Positions 38,020 to 51,548 of a stretch of DNA of 64,000 nt are shown one piece after another. Numbering within the stretch: the stretch's first letter is position 1; every line of letters starts with the position of its first letter. The DNA is from Fonticula alba ATCC 38817 (taxonomy: Eukaryota; Protista; Nucleariida), in NCBI GenBank assembly GCA_000388065.2, contig KB932204.1; one strand, given 5' to 3'. Made by a program: the position numbers and the translations under genes. The notes under the pieces were generated by a model, which did not search any database, was not told where the DNA came from, and worked only from the letters and a program-made list of their open reading frames with translations.

Positions 38020-41000
38020 ATGCTCGCCCCCCCCGGCGAGCACCCCCACCACGATGGAGGCCTCTCCAACTCCCCGGCCCCGGAGAAGGCCTTTCTCGGG
38101 CTGATTTGGACCTCGAGCATCTTGTCCCTGCTGGCGGCGCTGCTGCTCTTGTGGACCCTGCGAACCATCCCGCGGACGCGGCGAAACTTGACCCTGCACC
38201 TGATCGGCTTCCTGTCCATGGCCCAGGTGGGGTCCTGTGTGTCGTGGTTCATGAAGCGCCCCGGGGCCGAGGTCGATGGGCTGTGTGTGGCATCTGCCGG
38301 GCTGGGGCTCTTCTGCCAGGTGGCCACCTTTCTCCTTTGCTGCTCCATCGCCACGCATTACATTTTGACCGTCCGCCGGCGGGGGTCCGAGTCGAGCGCT
38401 GCCCGGCGCGCGGCCCGGACTGCCGAGCGTGCGGCCCCCGGCCTGCAGCGCTGGGCCGTCCGCCACCGAGCGTACCTCACCTACGGCGCGGTGTGCTTCC
38501 TTGTCCCGCTCCTTTGTGCGGTGGTGCCCCTGTCCATGGGGATGTTCGTCCGAGGCGGCGGCCATCCCAGCGACATCGGGTGCTGGTTCGATGGCGAGCG
38601 CTTTGCCTGGGCGCGGCTGCTCTTTTTCGACAGTTGGATCGTCCTGTCCTGGTTCTACATCGGTGTGGTGTTGCTGCTGGCGCGTCGGTGCGAGCTGGTC
38701 CTTTGCCCGGCCGGGAGGGGGCGGGCCCGGTTGGCTCGGTCTCTTTCGCCCTTCCCTCCGGGGCCCTTGGGGCGCGGCCGCCCGGGCAGTCACACATTGC
38801 TGACCCTCCTGCGCCTCCCTCACTTCCCCGTGTCGATGAACGGTCGCACGCAGCGAGCTCAACACCATTCGGGCCTTCCACCAACTGTTCGAGCCCTTCG
38901 TCCACAATGCCGTGCACACCCGACGCATCGTCCATGGGGTGCTGCTGAATTTCCTGCTCTGCTGGATGTGGAGCTCGATCCTGGCCCTGCTGTCGTTGAT
39001 CGACGACATCCAGACGGTCTTTGGGGGTGTTGCGGCCTCGGGCTCCGGGTCCGGGTCGAGCCCAAGCGGGCCGCTCAGCGCTGCCCAGGTCATGATGGTC
39101 ATCCTGCTGCTGGCTTTCGGCATCTTCTCCCCGCTACAGGGGTTCCTGAATTTGCTGGTACGTGACTGCTCCGCGCCTGTCGGCTGGCGCCCCCCCCCCC
39201 CTGCCTGGTGAGACTGACATGTTGGCGCTTGTCGACGCCGCCCTCGGGGTGGAAAGTTGATGCTCGCTCGGTCGCCGCTCTTCCTCCAGGGTTTCCGTCT
39301 GATGGCGGTGCGGGCTGTGCCGGGCTGGCTGCTGCCGCTGGCCGGGCGTGCGCTGCGTCTGCCCCCGATGCCCGAGTACGTGGATGCCCTGTCCTCGGAG
39401 GAGCGGGCACAAGCATGGCGGGCACACCTGGTCGAGGCCATCGGCCCGCTGGACCTGTCGGCTGATGAGAAAATCACCGGCCAGGTGCCGGAGCTCGGAA
39501 TCGAGGCGGCCAGTCTGCTGCCCAGCCCGCAGACCAAATTCAGCCCCCTCCTCCCGGGCCTGGGAGGCAGTGTGGACCCCTTCGTCGGGGGGCCCTCGCG
39601 GGGTGTCACCCTCGGCAATGACGAGTACACACCGTTGATGATGGCTGGCCATCAGGCGTCCGGAGCCGGCGGCTTCGGTGGTGGCGGCCCGGGCTCCGGG
39701 TCCTCCTGGCATCAAGATGCCCCAGCGGGGGCCCCCTTCTCGCCGGCCGAGCTGGGGCTGGTGCTTGGCGAGCCCCTGGCCGGGACAGCACTCCCCCCGG
39801 GTGCCGAATCCCCGAGCATCAGCCTCCCGGCCGAGCCGGGGTCCCGCGGTGTTTCGGCCCCCGAAGTGGAAGACCCGCTGCTCGAGGCACTCAGCTGGGT
39901 GGTGCATGTGGCCCCGGCGTGCTTTGACCGAGCCGGCGGCCTGGCCGAGCTTCCTGCCGCCGAGCCGGGCCGGCCTCGGCCCATGGGCCTGATGGCTTCC
40001 AGCTTGCGAGCTCGCTATGCCCAGTCGACGGCCAGCCCGTGCCTGCTCTTCTGCTTTGGCCGCCGGCCCGATGAGCATCCCCTGCCGCTGGCGTCCTACA
40101 CCGGGCAGCGCCTGACGGCCATGGTGTCCGGCGCGGCGCCGGACCATCCGCTCATCCTGCGGGTGACCCTGCAGCAGTGTCTCCTTCGGGCCCGGTCCGG
40201 GGATGCCCCAGTCGAGGCCCCGGGATTGACATTCATTTGCTCCGGACCGGGGCGTGCCCTTCCCGGGGTGCTTTCTCGGCGCCTGTCTCGCTATCGCCTG
40301 CTCTACTGGGACGTGGCCGTGGCGGATACCCTGGCCGGGGTGGGCTCCCGGGTGGCGGAGGTCCCTGTGACAGTGGCACCGGCCCGGGCAATTGCCGGGG
40401 TCCGGCGGGCCGATCCGGCCGTGGCCCACAGCGGATCTCTGCGAACCGGCTTGCAGCATGCGCACGAGCGCCTGTTGCGGACTTGGGCCGCCGGGCAGGC
40501 GGCATCCAGCCCCGGCCTCCCATCTCCGGCGGTCCTTTCCCGGCGTCTTTCAACCCTGTCTACCACGCCGATGGGCACGTCCCCGGCACCTCGGGCTGTC
40601 TCTTTGTCGCCGGTGTCGCGGCCTTTGGCGGCCGCCTGGCCAGCCGGCATGGCCACCCCTGCGGCTTCGATGTCGGCCTCGGTGGCGGATCGCCATTCGG
40701 ATTCGGATATCAGCTGGTCCAGCGATGCCTACTCCAGCGAGGAAGACTCGGATGGTGACCACCCGGCGGCATATCCGGCGATCGACGCCGACAGCCACGG
40801 CCAAGACAGTCAATTGGCTTTGGGTCCATCCTCGCTGGCTCCCCCCTTGGCCGGGTGGCCGGCTGCCCGGAGTCCGGCTTTGGCTTTTCCCCCGGTCCCT
40901 GCTGGCCGGCCGGTCTTCGATCTGATTTTCCGCCGGAGCCACTCCTTTTCGGACTTCACCGAGCAGGCCATCATCAACGAGTCTCCATGGCCGGGGGGCG

Positions 41001-41044
41001 CCCCGGCGGCTGGGGGGCGTCCGCGTTCGCGATCCATTTCCTAG
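38020..41044 (+). CDS. Seven-TM GPCR of the cAMP-receptor-like (CAR/CRL/GCR1/GPR157-type) group with a very long C-terminal tail, three exons
   Basis: Seven hydrophobic segments. TM2 LIGFLSMAQV, Cys before TM3 (LCVASA), ECL2 DIGCWF, TM6 NFLLCW and TM7 SPLQGFLNLL. A tail of about 580 aa follows, ending at 41044. Confidence 0.82.
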
Positions 41045-41506
41045 GCTGTCGGTGCTTTTGCCGCGTGCCCAATGCACGGCCCATCCGAAGTCCACCGGTT
41101 TTGTCCCTGTTTGCCTGGGAGGGGGGGGGGGGCCTCTGTCTTTGCATATGTGTATCGATGCATGGGGGTGTGCATGTGGACTGGCTTGTGATGGATGAGG
41201 AAGCAGCATTTGGGTATTCTATTGATGTACATGCTTCCCCTCTCGGCTCTGCGACCGATGGTGTACCTCCGCAGAGGGGAAGGGAGCGGCACGGGTAGAG
41301 GGAGAGAGAGAGAGAGAGAGAGAGAAAGGGAGAAGGGAAGAGGAGCGGCGAGGGGGAGGGCAGCGGACTCGGCTGGCTGGCCGAAGGCCAAGCGGGCAAA
41401 AGGGCATCGCATAAGCTGGGAAAGGGGGAAATGGCAAAGCAAGGATGAACCATGGCCCGACCGCAGAGTGCGGCATGGTGCCCGCGGGCAGGCCCCAGGC
41501 GGGCGC

Positions 41507-43291
41507 TCAGTCGGTCTTCGGGCCGGAGACCTGGCGCGAGGCGTGGGCCACCTCGGCCAGGCGCTTGAACACCTCCACAGTGCCGGAGATCAGGCCGGCG
41601 GTGTGGTAGGGGACGTTGTACTTGCGGCAGAGCTCGGCGACGCGGGGCTGGATGCGGTGGAAGTTGTGGCGGGGAATCGAGGGGAAGAGGTGGTGCTCGA
41701 TCTGGTAATTGAGGCCGCCGGTGAACCAGGTGTTGAAGACGCTCGGGTGGACATCGCGGCCGGTGATGATCTGCCGCGTGAAGAAGTCGTACGAGCGGTT
41801 CTCCTCGGCATCGAGGATGGGCATGCCGTTGTGGTTCAGGGAGAAGACGCTGGCCAGCAGGAGGCCGCAGGCGACGTTGCTGACCATGAAGATGATGAGC
41901 GCGCGCCAGGGGCCGGTAAGGAGGACGGAGAAGATAATGAGCCTGTATCGGTGTGGGAGGGCGAAGGAGGGGAGCAGGCAGGCGGGGAGGATGGTGTCAG
42001 TATCCGGGGGAGGTGAGGCGCCACAGGGCGGCCGCAGCAGCGGCCGGGTGTCCACGTACAGGGCCCAGTGGCCGAGCAGGCCGAGGGCCTCGAGGCCGCG
42101 GTTCGGCACGTCGGCGGCCGTCTGCACGTAAATGACCGACTGGATGGCCCAGGAAAGACGCGCGAAGCTCAGCAGCAGGGGGTAGAAGAAGTTCTGGTGG
42201 TCGATCAGGATCTTGGACATGCCCTGGACATCGCCCTCGACGAAGGCCTCGAGGGCGTGCTCCGACCAGGCAAGCAGCGGCATCAGGTCGACATCGGGGT
42301 CGGCCTTGTGGACGTTGGGGATGGCGTGGTGGGTGTTGTGCTTGTTCTTCCACCAGGCGACACTGAAGCCCTGGAAGAAGTTGCCAATCATATAGCTGTG
42401 TGCGCGTGGGGGGCAGGCGGGCGGGCGGGCGGGCCGGCGGGCGGGCGGAGGTCAGAGGGGGGAGATATGCACCATCGCCCGGGAGGCAGGAGCCGCGTAC
42501 CCGAAGAGATCGCCCAGGCGGCGGTTCTCGAAGACCTGATGGTGGACGAAATCGTGCGCCAGCCAGCCGCACTGCTGCCAGAAGAGAGCCACCAGCAGGG
42601 CACTGACCACGGCGCCGGGGACGGTCTGCCAGTAGTGGGCCACAGCACCGGCCAGCAGGACGATGGCCACGGTGGAAAGCACCTTGAAGGCGTAGTAGGC
42701 CTTGCTGGCCTCGAAGAGCCCCTCGGCCTGGAACCGATGCCGCAGGGCGCGCATCTCGGCAACGAAGGCTGGTCGTAGGGGGAGAGCAGGGGGGAAGGGG
42801 GGGGGGGAGTCAGCCAGGCAGGGAGAAAGGTAAGAAGGAAAGGCGCAGGCCGGGAATGCCCACGAGGGGAGCATGGTCGGTGGAGACGCACGAGAGGGCG
42901 GGATCCGCTCGGAGGGGGCGATCTCACCGATCTGGTACTGGGCCAGCATCTTGAAGGTGCCGACCGGGTGGAAGGCCTGGAAGGCATCGGCCGCATCCTC
43001 GCCGGAGTAGGTCATGATCAGCGGCCCGCCCGGGTGCCGGGGAACGAAGGAGGTCACATCGTACACCTTGTCGTGCAGGATCAGCAGGCACCGACGCCCG
43101 GCGCGGATTTCCCGCGCGGCCTGGGTGCTGGCGATGTCGGCCGAGGTGGTGGCCTGGCTGAGAGCCTCGGCCGACGGGACGGCACAGGCCTTGGTCACCT
43201 CGTCCCAAGTAAAGAGGCGCATCGGGCCGGAGGAGGCCTCCTTGCCCAGGACATCAACCTTGGTGGGGGCGGATGAAAGCTCGGGAGGCAT
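41507..43291 (-). CDS. Front-end fatty acid desaturase (delta-6/delta-5-like) with N-terminal cytochrome b5 domain, multi-exon
   Basis: HPGG in the b5 domain. Three His boxes: WLAHDFVHHQVF, WWKNKHNTHHAIPN and QIEHHLFP (the Q-substituted third box typical of front-end desaturases). Confidence 0.93.
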
Positions 43292-43496
43292 GGTGAATGT
43301 GTGTGTGTGTGGGCGTCACGAGCGAGCGTCAAAGGGAGTGGCGCGGCGTGGAGGTCGGGCGGAGGGGGAGGGCAACGGGGAGGCGGCGCGGAGGCAGGAG
43401 GTGATGGTGGCACAGACTGCGGCGGAGAGGCAGCGGGAAGCCATTCCGGGCTCCCGGACACTGCGTCTTGGATGGTTCTTCAGCGAGAGTGAAGCC

Positions 43497-43500
<4 letters not shown>

Positions 43501-43558
<58 letters not shown>
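43501..43558. repeat. Homopolymer G run of about 58 nt upstream of the desaturase
   Basis: Directly visible; the length is unreliable in short-read data. Confidence 0.8.
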
Positions 43559-43560
<2 letters not shown>

Positions 43561-46327
43561 ACCTCCAAGCGGAAGGCCGCCGGTGTGTTGGTGGGGATCC
43601 ATGTGTGCGGGTGCGTGCGCGTGCGCGTGCGCGTGGGCCGGTGAGTGAGCGGGTGAGTAAGTGCGCGGCCGGGGCCCGGGTGGATGTGGGGTGTTGCTGC
43701 CAACACTCTGGGGCGGCCCCAACCGTGGTGCATCTCGCCCCAGGGGGAGGAGGCGCGCCCCAGTGGCCGGGGGGCGGGCCGAGCGGCCGCAACGTGGCGC
43801 GGGCCGAGAGTCTGCGCCCGTGTGAAATCGCGCCCGGGGGACCATCACTCGCGCACAAACGGACACACATACGCACGCAGGCACACGCGCACATGCTTGA
43901 GGACCGGTGCGATAGTGGGCGCATGACCGGCGCCCCCCCCCCGAGAGCCAACGAGTCGGGCCCTCGAACCTCCATCCCCCCTGGGCGCCGGCCGGCCCCC
44001 CTGGCGCAGGATCGGGGGAGGATAACAACAACACGCCCATGTCGGCCGGCCCCGAGAACACGGCCGGCCCATGCGGTGCCGGGTCCCTTGAGACTAGGCG
44101 TGGTTTGGCCGGGACCCGGTGGCGAAAGGCAGCCTCGGCGGTCAGCCGGGGGTTGGAAGAAAGATGGCAAGCCACGGCCGGGGAGCGCGGAACTCGGGGC
44201 CGGATGAGTGCGCTTGTTTGCGGTCGGCCCCAAATCCCCCAGCCCGGCGGGGCCCGCCCGGACGAGGGTCGGGGCCTGTCCGTCGGCCCCACCCTGGCCC
44301 GGCAAAGGGGCCCCAGGCCCGAGGCCCAAGCAGCGAGCGAGAGCGAGAGCGAGAGCGAGAGAGAGAGAGAGAGAGAAGCACGCGGGAAGAACCTCGCACG
44401 CGTGGTTCGGCAGGAAGCATGCCTCGCGGCCCCGGGGGGCGCGCCATCCACGGTAGGACGGCGCCTGGCCGAGCGGCACAGGGGCCGGGGGGGGGGGGCG
44501 GGGACCGGAGCCGGTGTTTGCACGTGGAGACTGGCTGTCTAGGCGAGAATGTGCCTCGGCCGTCGTCGGCCTCCAAGCTCTCGGACCCGGGGGCCGGATC
44601 ATCGCGCATTGCAGCCAGATGTGCCGATGGATCGGCCGAGCGAACAGGCCGCGCGCCCGCGGCCGCAGCACTCCCACCTCGTCATCGAGCCAACGTGGTT
44701 CGCCCCCGGGCCCTGTTGCCCCCCCCCCTCCCCCCCCCCCGCCGCCCCTCGCCCCTCTCCCCCCTTTGGGCCCCCTCCATGCCCAACTCCATCTCCCCCC
44801 CCTCGGCCGGGCAGTCATCCGGCCCGCCGGGCAGCCGCTCCGGTTCTCCCCGACCCGGAGCAAGGGACCCAAGGAGGCGATCACCGCCGCCGTCGTTGTT
44901 GTGGCGGCGGGCCGCGGCCGGCCAAGCATGGTGGGCCCACGCAGGGCCAGCCTCCGCCCGCCCGGGCGCCACGTTGGCCAGGCTCCGGAGTGCGGTGGCA
45001 ACCGCTCGGTCGGTCCAACCGGGCAAACACCCGGGCGCCGGTGCCGGTGCTCTCATCCCAGAATGCGACCAGTCGTCCACATCCATGTGATACCCTCGCA
45101 TTTGATCATGCAACAATACTGCCAACGCCCGGTCCGTCGAGCGGGCCCGCGGAGTGGCGGCCGAAATATCGGTTAAAATTGTCCCCCCAGCCTCCGTTGT
45201 GTCTTGTCCCTTCGTCCGCCCCCCCCCCCCCCCGGGCTAGTCCCCGATCGTTTGCTCTGCCGATGTTCCCTCTCCCCCCCGGGGAGGGGGAGAGAGCGCC
45301 GAAGCGGATGAACATTGTGCCGAGTTTGCGGCATTCCTCCCATCCCCGGTCCTTCTGCGTCGCTTGTTGTCCCTCGCTTGCCCTTGCTGCTCGATATCTC
45401 GGCGGCAACCGGCCGGTCGGCGGCGGCTGGTGGCCAGCCGGCGGTCGTGTCCGGACAAATGCGCCGCCCTCCCCGCCCCGCCCCAGGGATGCCGGCAGGA
45501 ATCCGGGCCAGGGCGGGGTGGCTCGATCCTGCCCGGGGGTGCCTGTCAAATGATCGAGCAGATCTTCCCCCGCCCGGGGCCCTTGTGCGCTGGGCGCTTC
45601 TCAGGAGTCATGAGTCCCTACGGCGCTGGTGGGAGATACATCGTTTTTGTTGTTGTTTTTTTCCCCCCTCGGTCCGTGCGCCCTTGGGCCCCGGGGCCGG
45701 GGGAGCTCCCCAGGCATTGCACGCGCTACAGTCCAGCGCGCCCCCCCGAGAGGAGGCATTCTCCCCGCCCGGGGTGGACGCTCCCGGAGGACAGTGCTTC
45801 TCTCCCCTTGCTCCCCACCTCTCCTGCCCTCTTTTCCCCCCGACTGCACGCGGTCCCCCTGGTGCGTCCTCCCCCCCCCCCTTCTTCTCCCCCGACCTCC
45901 CATTCTGCATTCCAGTCTCTGGCACATCCCCGAGTGGGAACCACGGGCCCCCCTGGCACCACAGCATCCCGCCCCCCCCCCCCCCCCCCTCCCCGCTTCC
46001 CGCCGTAATGGCCACTCCCCCTCCCTGTCTCTCATCCCAATGCGGGGACATCCTCGCCGCTCTCCTTGAGTGAACCCTCGGCCCCCGTGTGCCTTTTTCC
46101 GGGGCCTTTTACCGGTCCCTCCGGGAAGTCAGTGCCTATTGTGCTTCGGGCTACCCCACCATCGGCCTCCCTCTCCACCTTTTCCACCGCTCCCCCTCCC
46201 CTCTTGCCCCTTTCGCCCGATCTCCGCTTTGCTCCTCCCTCTCCTCCCCCTCTAGCCCCTCTCCTTTTCTTGGAGATCCCCGACTCCTCGCGCGTCCTCC
46301 TGTGCACCGACCTCCACACGCGCACGC

Positions 46328-46364
<37 letters not shown>

Positions 46365-46493
46365 TTGTGACGTGGATCCGAGATTCGGCCAACAGCCATT
46401 GCGGCACCCACTCTAATTCCCCGCCTCCCGCTTTCTTCTTCCTCTCTCTCTCTCTCTCTGTGCCTCCGTCTTGTCGCCCCCCTGCCCGACATC

Positions 46494-49400
46494 ATGGATC
46501 CATCTCTGGCTGCCGCCGCCGCCGCCGCCCCCCCGGCGTCACCCTCGCTGCGGCTGGTCGTGAATACGCCTACCCCTCCGCGCTCCGCCTCGCCACGTCC
46601 ATCGCTGGGCTCCCCGACCCGCGATGTGTCCCCCCCGATGACACCCTACCTGACCAAAAGGATCTCCATCGTCGGTGAGCCCATTCGCCTACGGTTGCCG
46701 CCTTCCCCCGTCACCGATCCTCCTCGCGCGTCTGGTGCGTCTCGTGGCTGTGCCATTTCTCCCTGGCCCTCCTCCTCCCGAAGCATGGCCTGACTTACCG
46801 ACACTCTTACCGCCTGTGCGCGCCCGCATGCTCGCCCTCCCTCTCACATCTACCGATCTATGCCTCTCTCTCTCTCTCTCGGTGTGTCCTTCTACGCCCC
46901 GTCCCGTGCCACTCCCCCCGCCCCCCTCTCTTTGGGGTTTCCTCCCCGTGGGTCCCATCATAGCACACTTTCCCCCCATCCAGCCCGGGCGTTCGAGTGA
47001 AGACGACGCCGAATCCCTGGTGCTCGAGAGCTCGTCAAGCTACGACCTTCGCCAGTCGCGCCAGCAGCCGCCCCAGCACGCCCTCTTGTCAGCCGTTTCC
47101 TCGGCCTCCCTCCATCCCTACCGCCCGTCTCTCAAGGCCGCCGTCTTCACCACGCCGTCACGCTACTCCGACGAGGCCCATCCCCCGTCACCCGGTCGGC
47201 GCGTCGCTGTTGTGGATTACCACCCCTCGCTGGGCTCGGCCACGCATCCGCCCTTCTCGCTGCCCGCATCGCCGCGCGTCCAGCAGCAGTACCCCTTCAC
47301 CTACGCGCCTCCCCCGGCCGAGTTCCCCCTCTCCGGCGGTCAATTGGACGCCCTCTCGCGTCAGCTTGGCACGCGGCCCCGGTCCATTGTCACCGAAACG
47401 ACCACCGCCCTGCTTGTGGACCCACGCGACTTCCCCGGGTCGACTGGTGGTGCTCTTGCCTCGGGTGCTGCCTTCCCGCCGTCGGTCTACCCGCTGGCCA
47501 ATCCCCTGCCCCTCCCTCCGGCCCCTGCCGCCACAACGGCCTTCCGTGACGGGCAGTTTGGATTTCTCCCCCCTGGCGCCATCCCCGGCACCGGCACCGG
47601 CCTTTCGGAGCTCCCCTCGCCTGCGCGGCAATTTGTCTCGGCTCCCCCGGCTCAACGTCCCAGTGTCGAGGACGCCCCTTGCGAGCACGCCGACTTCGCG
47701 CTTTTCTTCCCCTCGCTAGCCGGCGATCGGATCATCCTAGGTGCGTGGCTTCGCTGCACTCTTTTTTTTTCCCTTCACCCCACTCCCCCTGCTGCTGTTG
47801 CTGCTGCCGCTGCTTCGCAGTGGCCCTCGGCCATCCTGACATCCGTCTCCCCCTCGCCCTCCCCCTCCCTCCTTCCCCATCACGGCCCGCCTCCTGTTGG
47901 TAGATACCCCGGCCACTGTCAGATACCACACCCCCATCGAAGGCCGAATCGCCCTCACCCACAACGCCTTCACCTTCCGCGCGCGGCTACACGGCTGGTC
48001 ATCGGCGGCGGTTTTCCCCTGGGCCCACATCCGGTCCATATCCCGGCACGGACGTAGCGGTGTATCCATCACCACCAATCAGGAGAAGGTGCATGCCCGG
48101 CACCTGCGGGCCGAGGAGGGGGGCCTGCCCTGTGTCCCGCTTTCCTTTCTCTTTGAGCCATCCCTGCTTTGAGGTCCCTCGCTCCGGCTGACCGATGTCC
48201 CTTCCATCGCGTGGGGCAGTTTGTCTTCTTCGACATTCCAAACCGATCGCGGCTTTACCTCGAGGCCAAGCGCCTTCGCAAATCCGCCGCCACCACCAGC
48301 CCCTTCACCGCTGCCTCTTCGCTGAAGGTTCTCCAGCCTGGTGAGCCGTATCCGCTCTTTGAGACTCTTTCCCCCCGCGCCGACCTCCTGGGCGCCTCGC
48401 TTCCGCCGTCGCCGCTTGCGGTTTCCCCGTGCGTCGCTGCCCCCTGGACGAGTGGCTTTTGCCAGGGCCCTGCGCTTGGGCCATGGACCTTGTGTCTCCA
48501 CTCACCGTCCGATCCCCTGACTCTCCCGGTGTTTCTTCCCCTTTCTCTCGCATGCTCCCTTCCTCTCTGCTGCCCTCGCCTCTTGCGCCGGCTTCGCCCC
48601 GACGCCCGCACACCCGCATGTGTGACACTCCTGTAATAGGGTGAGCCCCACCGCCAAGGCTTCGCATCTCATTGGCTCCCAAGCAGCTGAGTCCCCGACC
48701 CCGCTCAACCGGCCTAAGACTGCCAAGCAGCTTTTCCGCTCGTCCTTCCAGTTCACCAGCTCCAAGTTCCGCCACGCGCGCCACTCGCTCTCTGGACTTG
48801 CCACCAGCGCACCCGGTCCATCCTTATCCGCCGGCACTACCGACACGAGCTTGACCCAGACCACCACCTATACCGCGGTGAGTACCGGACCCATTGCTGT
48901 GCCGAGCCCACTCCCCGGCGCTTCTCCGGGTGCAGCCTCCTCTGCGCCGGCCCTTGTCACCGCAACAGTCTCAGCCACCTCGCCTCGGTCCTTGAACACC
49001 CATCCTGCCCATCCCGCTGTCACCTACTCGCGGCCGATCGTCACGTCCACTGCCACGGCTCCGACTGTCGCCGGGCCCCCCTCGCCGTCACAGCCCCCAT
49101 TGTTGCTGCCACAGCCGTCGCCGCCACCGCCACCACCTTTGGCCCTGCCTGTCGAACCGGCACCCTTGGCTTCGCCTCCCTTGTCTCCTGCTCTGCCTCC
49201 GATTGTCGCCATGGCTGCCTCCGAATCGGCGATGCCGCCGGGTGCGGTGGATGCCGCACCGGCCGTCACGCCGAGCGCCGTATCGCCCACCGCCGCGCAG
49301 GAGGCCGTGTCCCCAGCTGCCCCGACTTCCGGTCAGACTGCCATGCCACTGGTCCCCGAGGAGCCGCTCGAGCCGGACACCCCTGTGGACATTTTCCAAC

Positions 49401-50823
49401 ATGGCTACCAGTCCTTGAAGGTGTGTGCTCATGCAACACCCCTCTTTCTCCCCCCCCCCCNNNNNNNNNNNNNNNNNNNNNNNNNNNNNNNNNNNNNNNN
49501 NNNNNNNNNNNNNNNNNNNNNNNNNNNNNNNNNNNNNNNNNNNNNNNNNNNNNNNNNNNNNNNNNNNNNNNNNNNNNNNNNNNNNNNNNNNNNNNNNNNN
49601 NNNNNNNNNNNNNNNNNNNNNNNNNNNNNNNNNNNNNNNNNNNNNNNNNNNNNNNNNNNNNNNNNNNNNNNNNNNNNNNNNNNNNNNNNNNNNNNNNNNN
49701 NNNNNNNNNNNNNNNNNNNNNNNNNNNNNNNNNNNNNNNNNNNNNNNNNNNNNNNNNNNNNNNNNNNNNNNNNNNNNNNNNNNNNNNNNNNNNNNNNNNN
49801 NNNNNNNNNNNNNNNNNNNNNNNNNNNNNNNNNNNNNNNNNNNNNNNNNNNNNNNCCTCCCCCCACTGTCCAGATCTCCAGTACACCAGCGACTGGACCA
49901 CCGGTACCCCGAATCCGGAGCGCAAATTCCAGTACGTCATGGACCTGACACAGGCCATGGGCCCGAAGTCCACACTGGTCCTGGTGACCCAGCGCCACAT
50001 GGTCCCCGCCTCCCCCGGGGAGTACTACATCGTGGAGCATGTCACCCACACGCCGGATGTCCCGAGTGCCGATACCTTCCGCACGGTGAACCTGTATGGC
50101 CTGGCCCGGGAGGGGCGCGGCCGGTCAAGCCTCATCATCACCGGGGCCATTCGGTTCCTGCGCTACACCCTGATCAAGAGTGCGTCTGGCTGCTCGAGCC
50201 CCCGGTCCTCTGCCATGTGTCACCTGTTTTCCGCCCCCCCGGGGGGGGGGGGGCTTTTCCTGCCCAAGATCATTTCTGACGTCCTCACCCCTCGCTCGCT
50301 GATCTACGTGTACGCTGTTCGGCGGACCTCCCTTGGCCACCGCCTGCCAGGCTTCATTGAGGCCCATGGGACCGATGGGTTCGTGCAATTCGGCGCCGAC
50401 TTGAAGAATGCCCTGCTTGAGCGCATTGAGGCCGATCGCCAGAGCATGCTTGCCGGGCCGGCTCCCGGAGTCGCGGGCGCGCCTGTCCTGGCCACCGGCA
50501 TGGCGGCACAGCCCGCCCGGGACCCCTCCACTGGCACCACTCTCGGCTTGGGCCCCGGCGCCGACGGGGACCCGGCGGCGGTGGCTGCCGCGGCGGCGGC
50601 CGCCGCTGCCGCGGCCACCGCCGCTCGGTCATCTGTCCTCCCCGCCGGCCCCGGGGACAAGACCCTGCAGGACGCCATGCAAAGCGCCCAGTCGGCCGAG
50701 CAGTCCGCCCAGCGGGCACTGCGCGAGTCGGAAGTCGCGCGCACCTGGTGGCAAGCGGGGATCGTCTTGCGCGTGGTGGCGGTGGCTGCTCTGCTCATTT
50801 GTATCATACTTCAGTCGTCTCTG

Positions 50824-50861
<38 letters not shown>

Positions 50862-51548
50862 ACATGCTGCTGCGGCGGATTCTCCCCCGGGCTCTCCTCA
50901 CTGTCTGTGTGGGGGACTTTGTCTCAAAGTCTGACATGCTGCATGCGTCCTTACGCCCCGCCCCCCTCCCGCTCCTCTCTCTTGCCTTTTTTGGCCTCGC
51001 TGCCCATGCCCCTGCTTCCATGCGCTCCGGTTGCCCCCATGGAACAGCTTCTAAGCGTACGCCGTGCCAATGCCCCGGCTCCGGCCCCGGCGCCGCCCGT
51101 GCAACCGGTCATTCTCACGGGCTTTGACGGGGTCACCGTGGCGACCGAATCGCGGCCCATGGCCTCAGCCACCGCCGGCAGTGGCACCGTCACTGGCGGG
51201 GGGGGGTCTGGTGCCTCACCGGTGGTCATCGATGCCGCCAGTCTGCAGGAGCTGCTGCGCCAGCTCGCAGGCGCTCGGACTCCCCCGGTCGGCGAGGCGC
51301 CCTCTGCCTCGACGGCGGCCGCCACCGCTGCCTCAGATACCTCCGCGCCGGCCGCCACCAGCCCGGACCAGCCAACTCCGGCGAATCTGGCCGAGGCCCT
51401 TCGCTCTTTGGACGAGGAGCTTGCTCGGCTAAGCCGGCTTCTTCAACAGACAAACAGCGGCGGCGGCGGCGGCGGCGGCGGCGGTGGTGGTGGTGGTTCT
51501 GTGATTGGCTCCGCCTCGACCTACCTGCCCTCTCACGCTGAGTTGTAA
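46494..51548 (+). CDS. GRAM + VASt (StART-like) domain protein with C-terminal TM helix (LAM/Ysp2/Aster family), multi-exon, partly inside gap 49461-49855
   Basis: GRAM-like EHADFALFFPSL…IEGRIALTHNAFTFRARLHGW…VFPWAHIRSISR. VASt hallmark YIVEHVTHTPDVPSADTFRTVNLY…IRFLRYTLIK|GFIE. TM segment GIVLRVVAVAALLICIILQSSL, followed by a short coiled coil (LRSLDEELARLSRLL). Confidence 0.8.

Noticed and set aside
43316-46073. Several 300-560 aa ORFs between the desaturase and LAM genes
   Set aside because: They are low-complexity translations of poly-G/C and dinucleotide tracts with no codon bias or motifs; this is probably promoter/UTR sequence.
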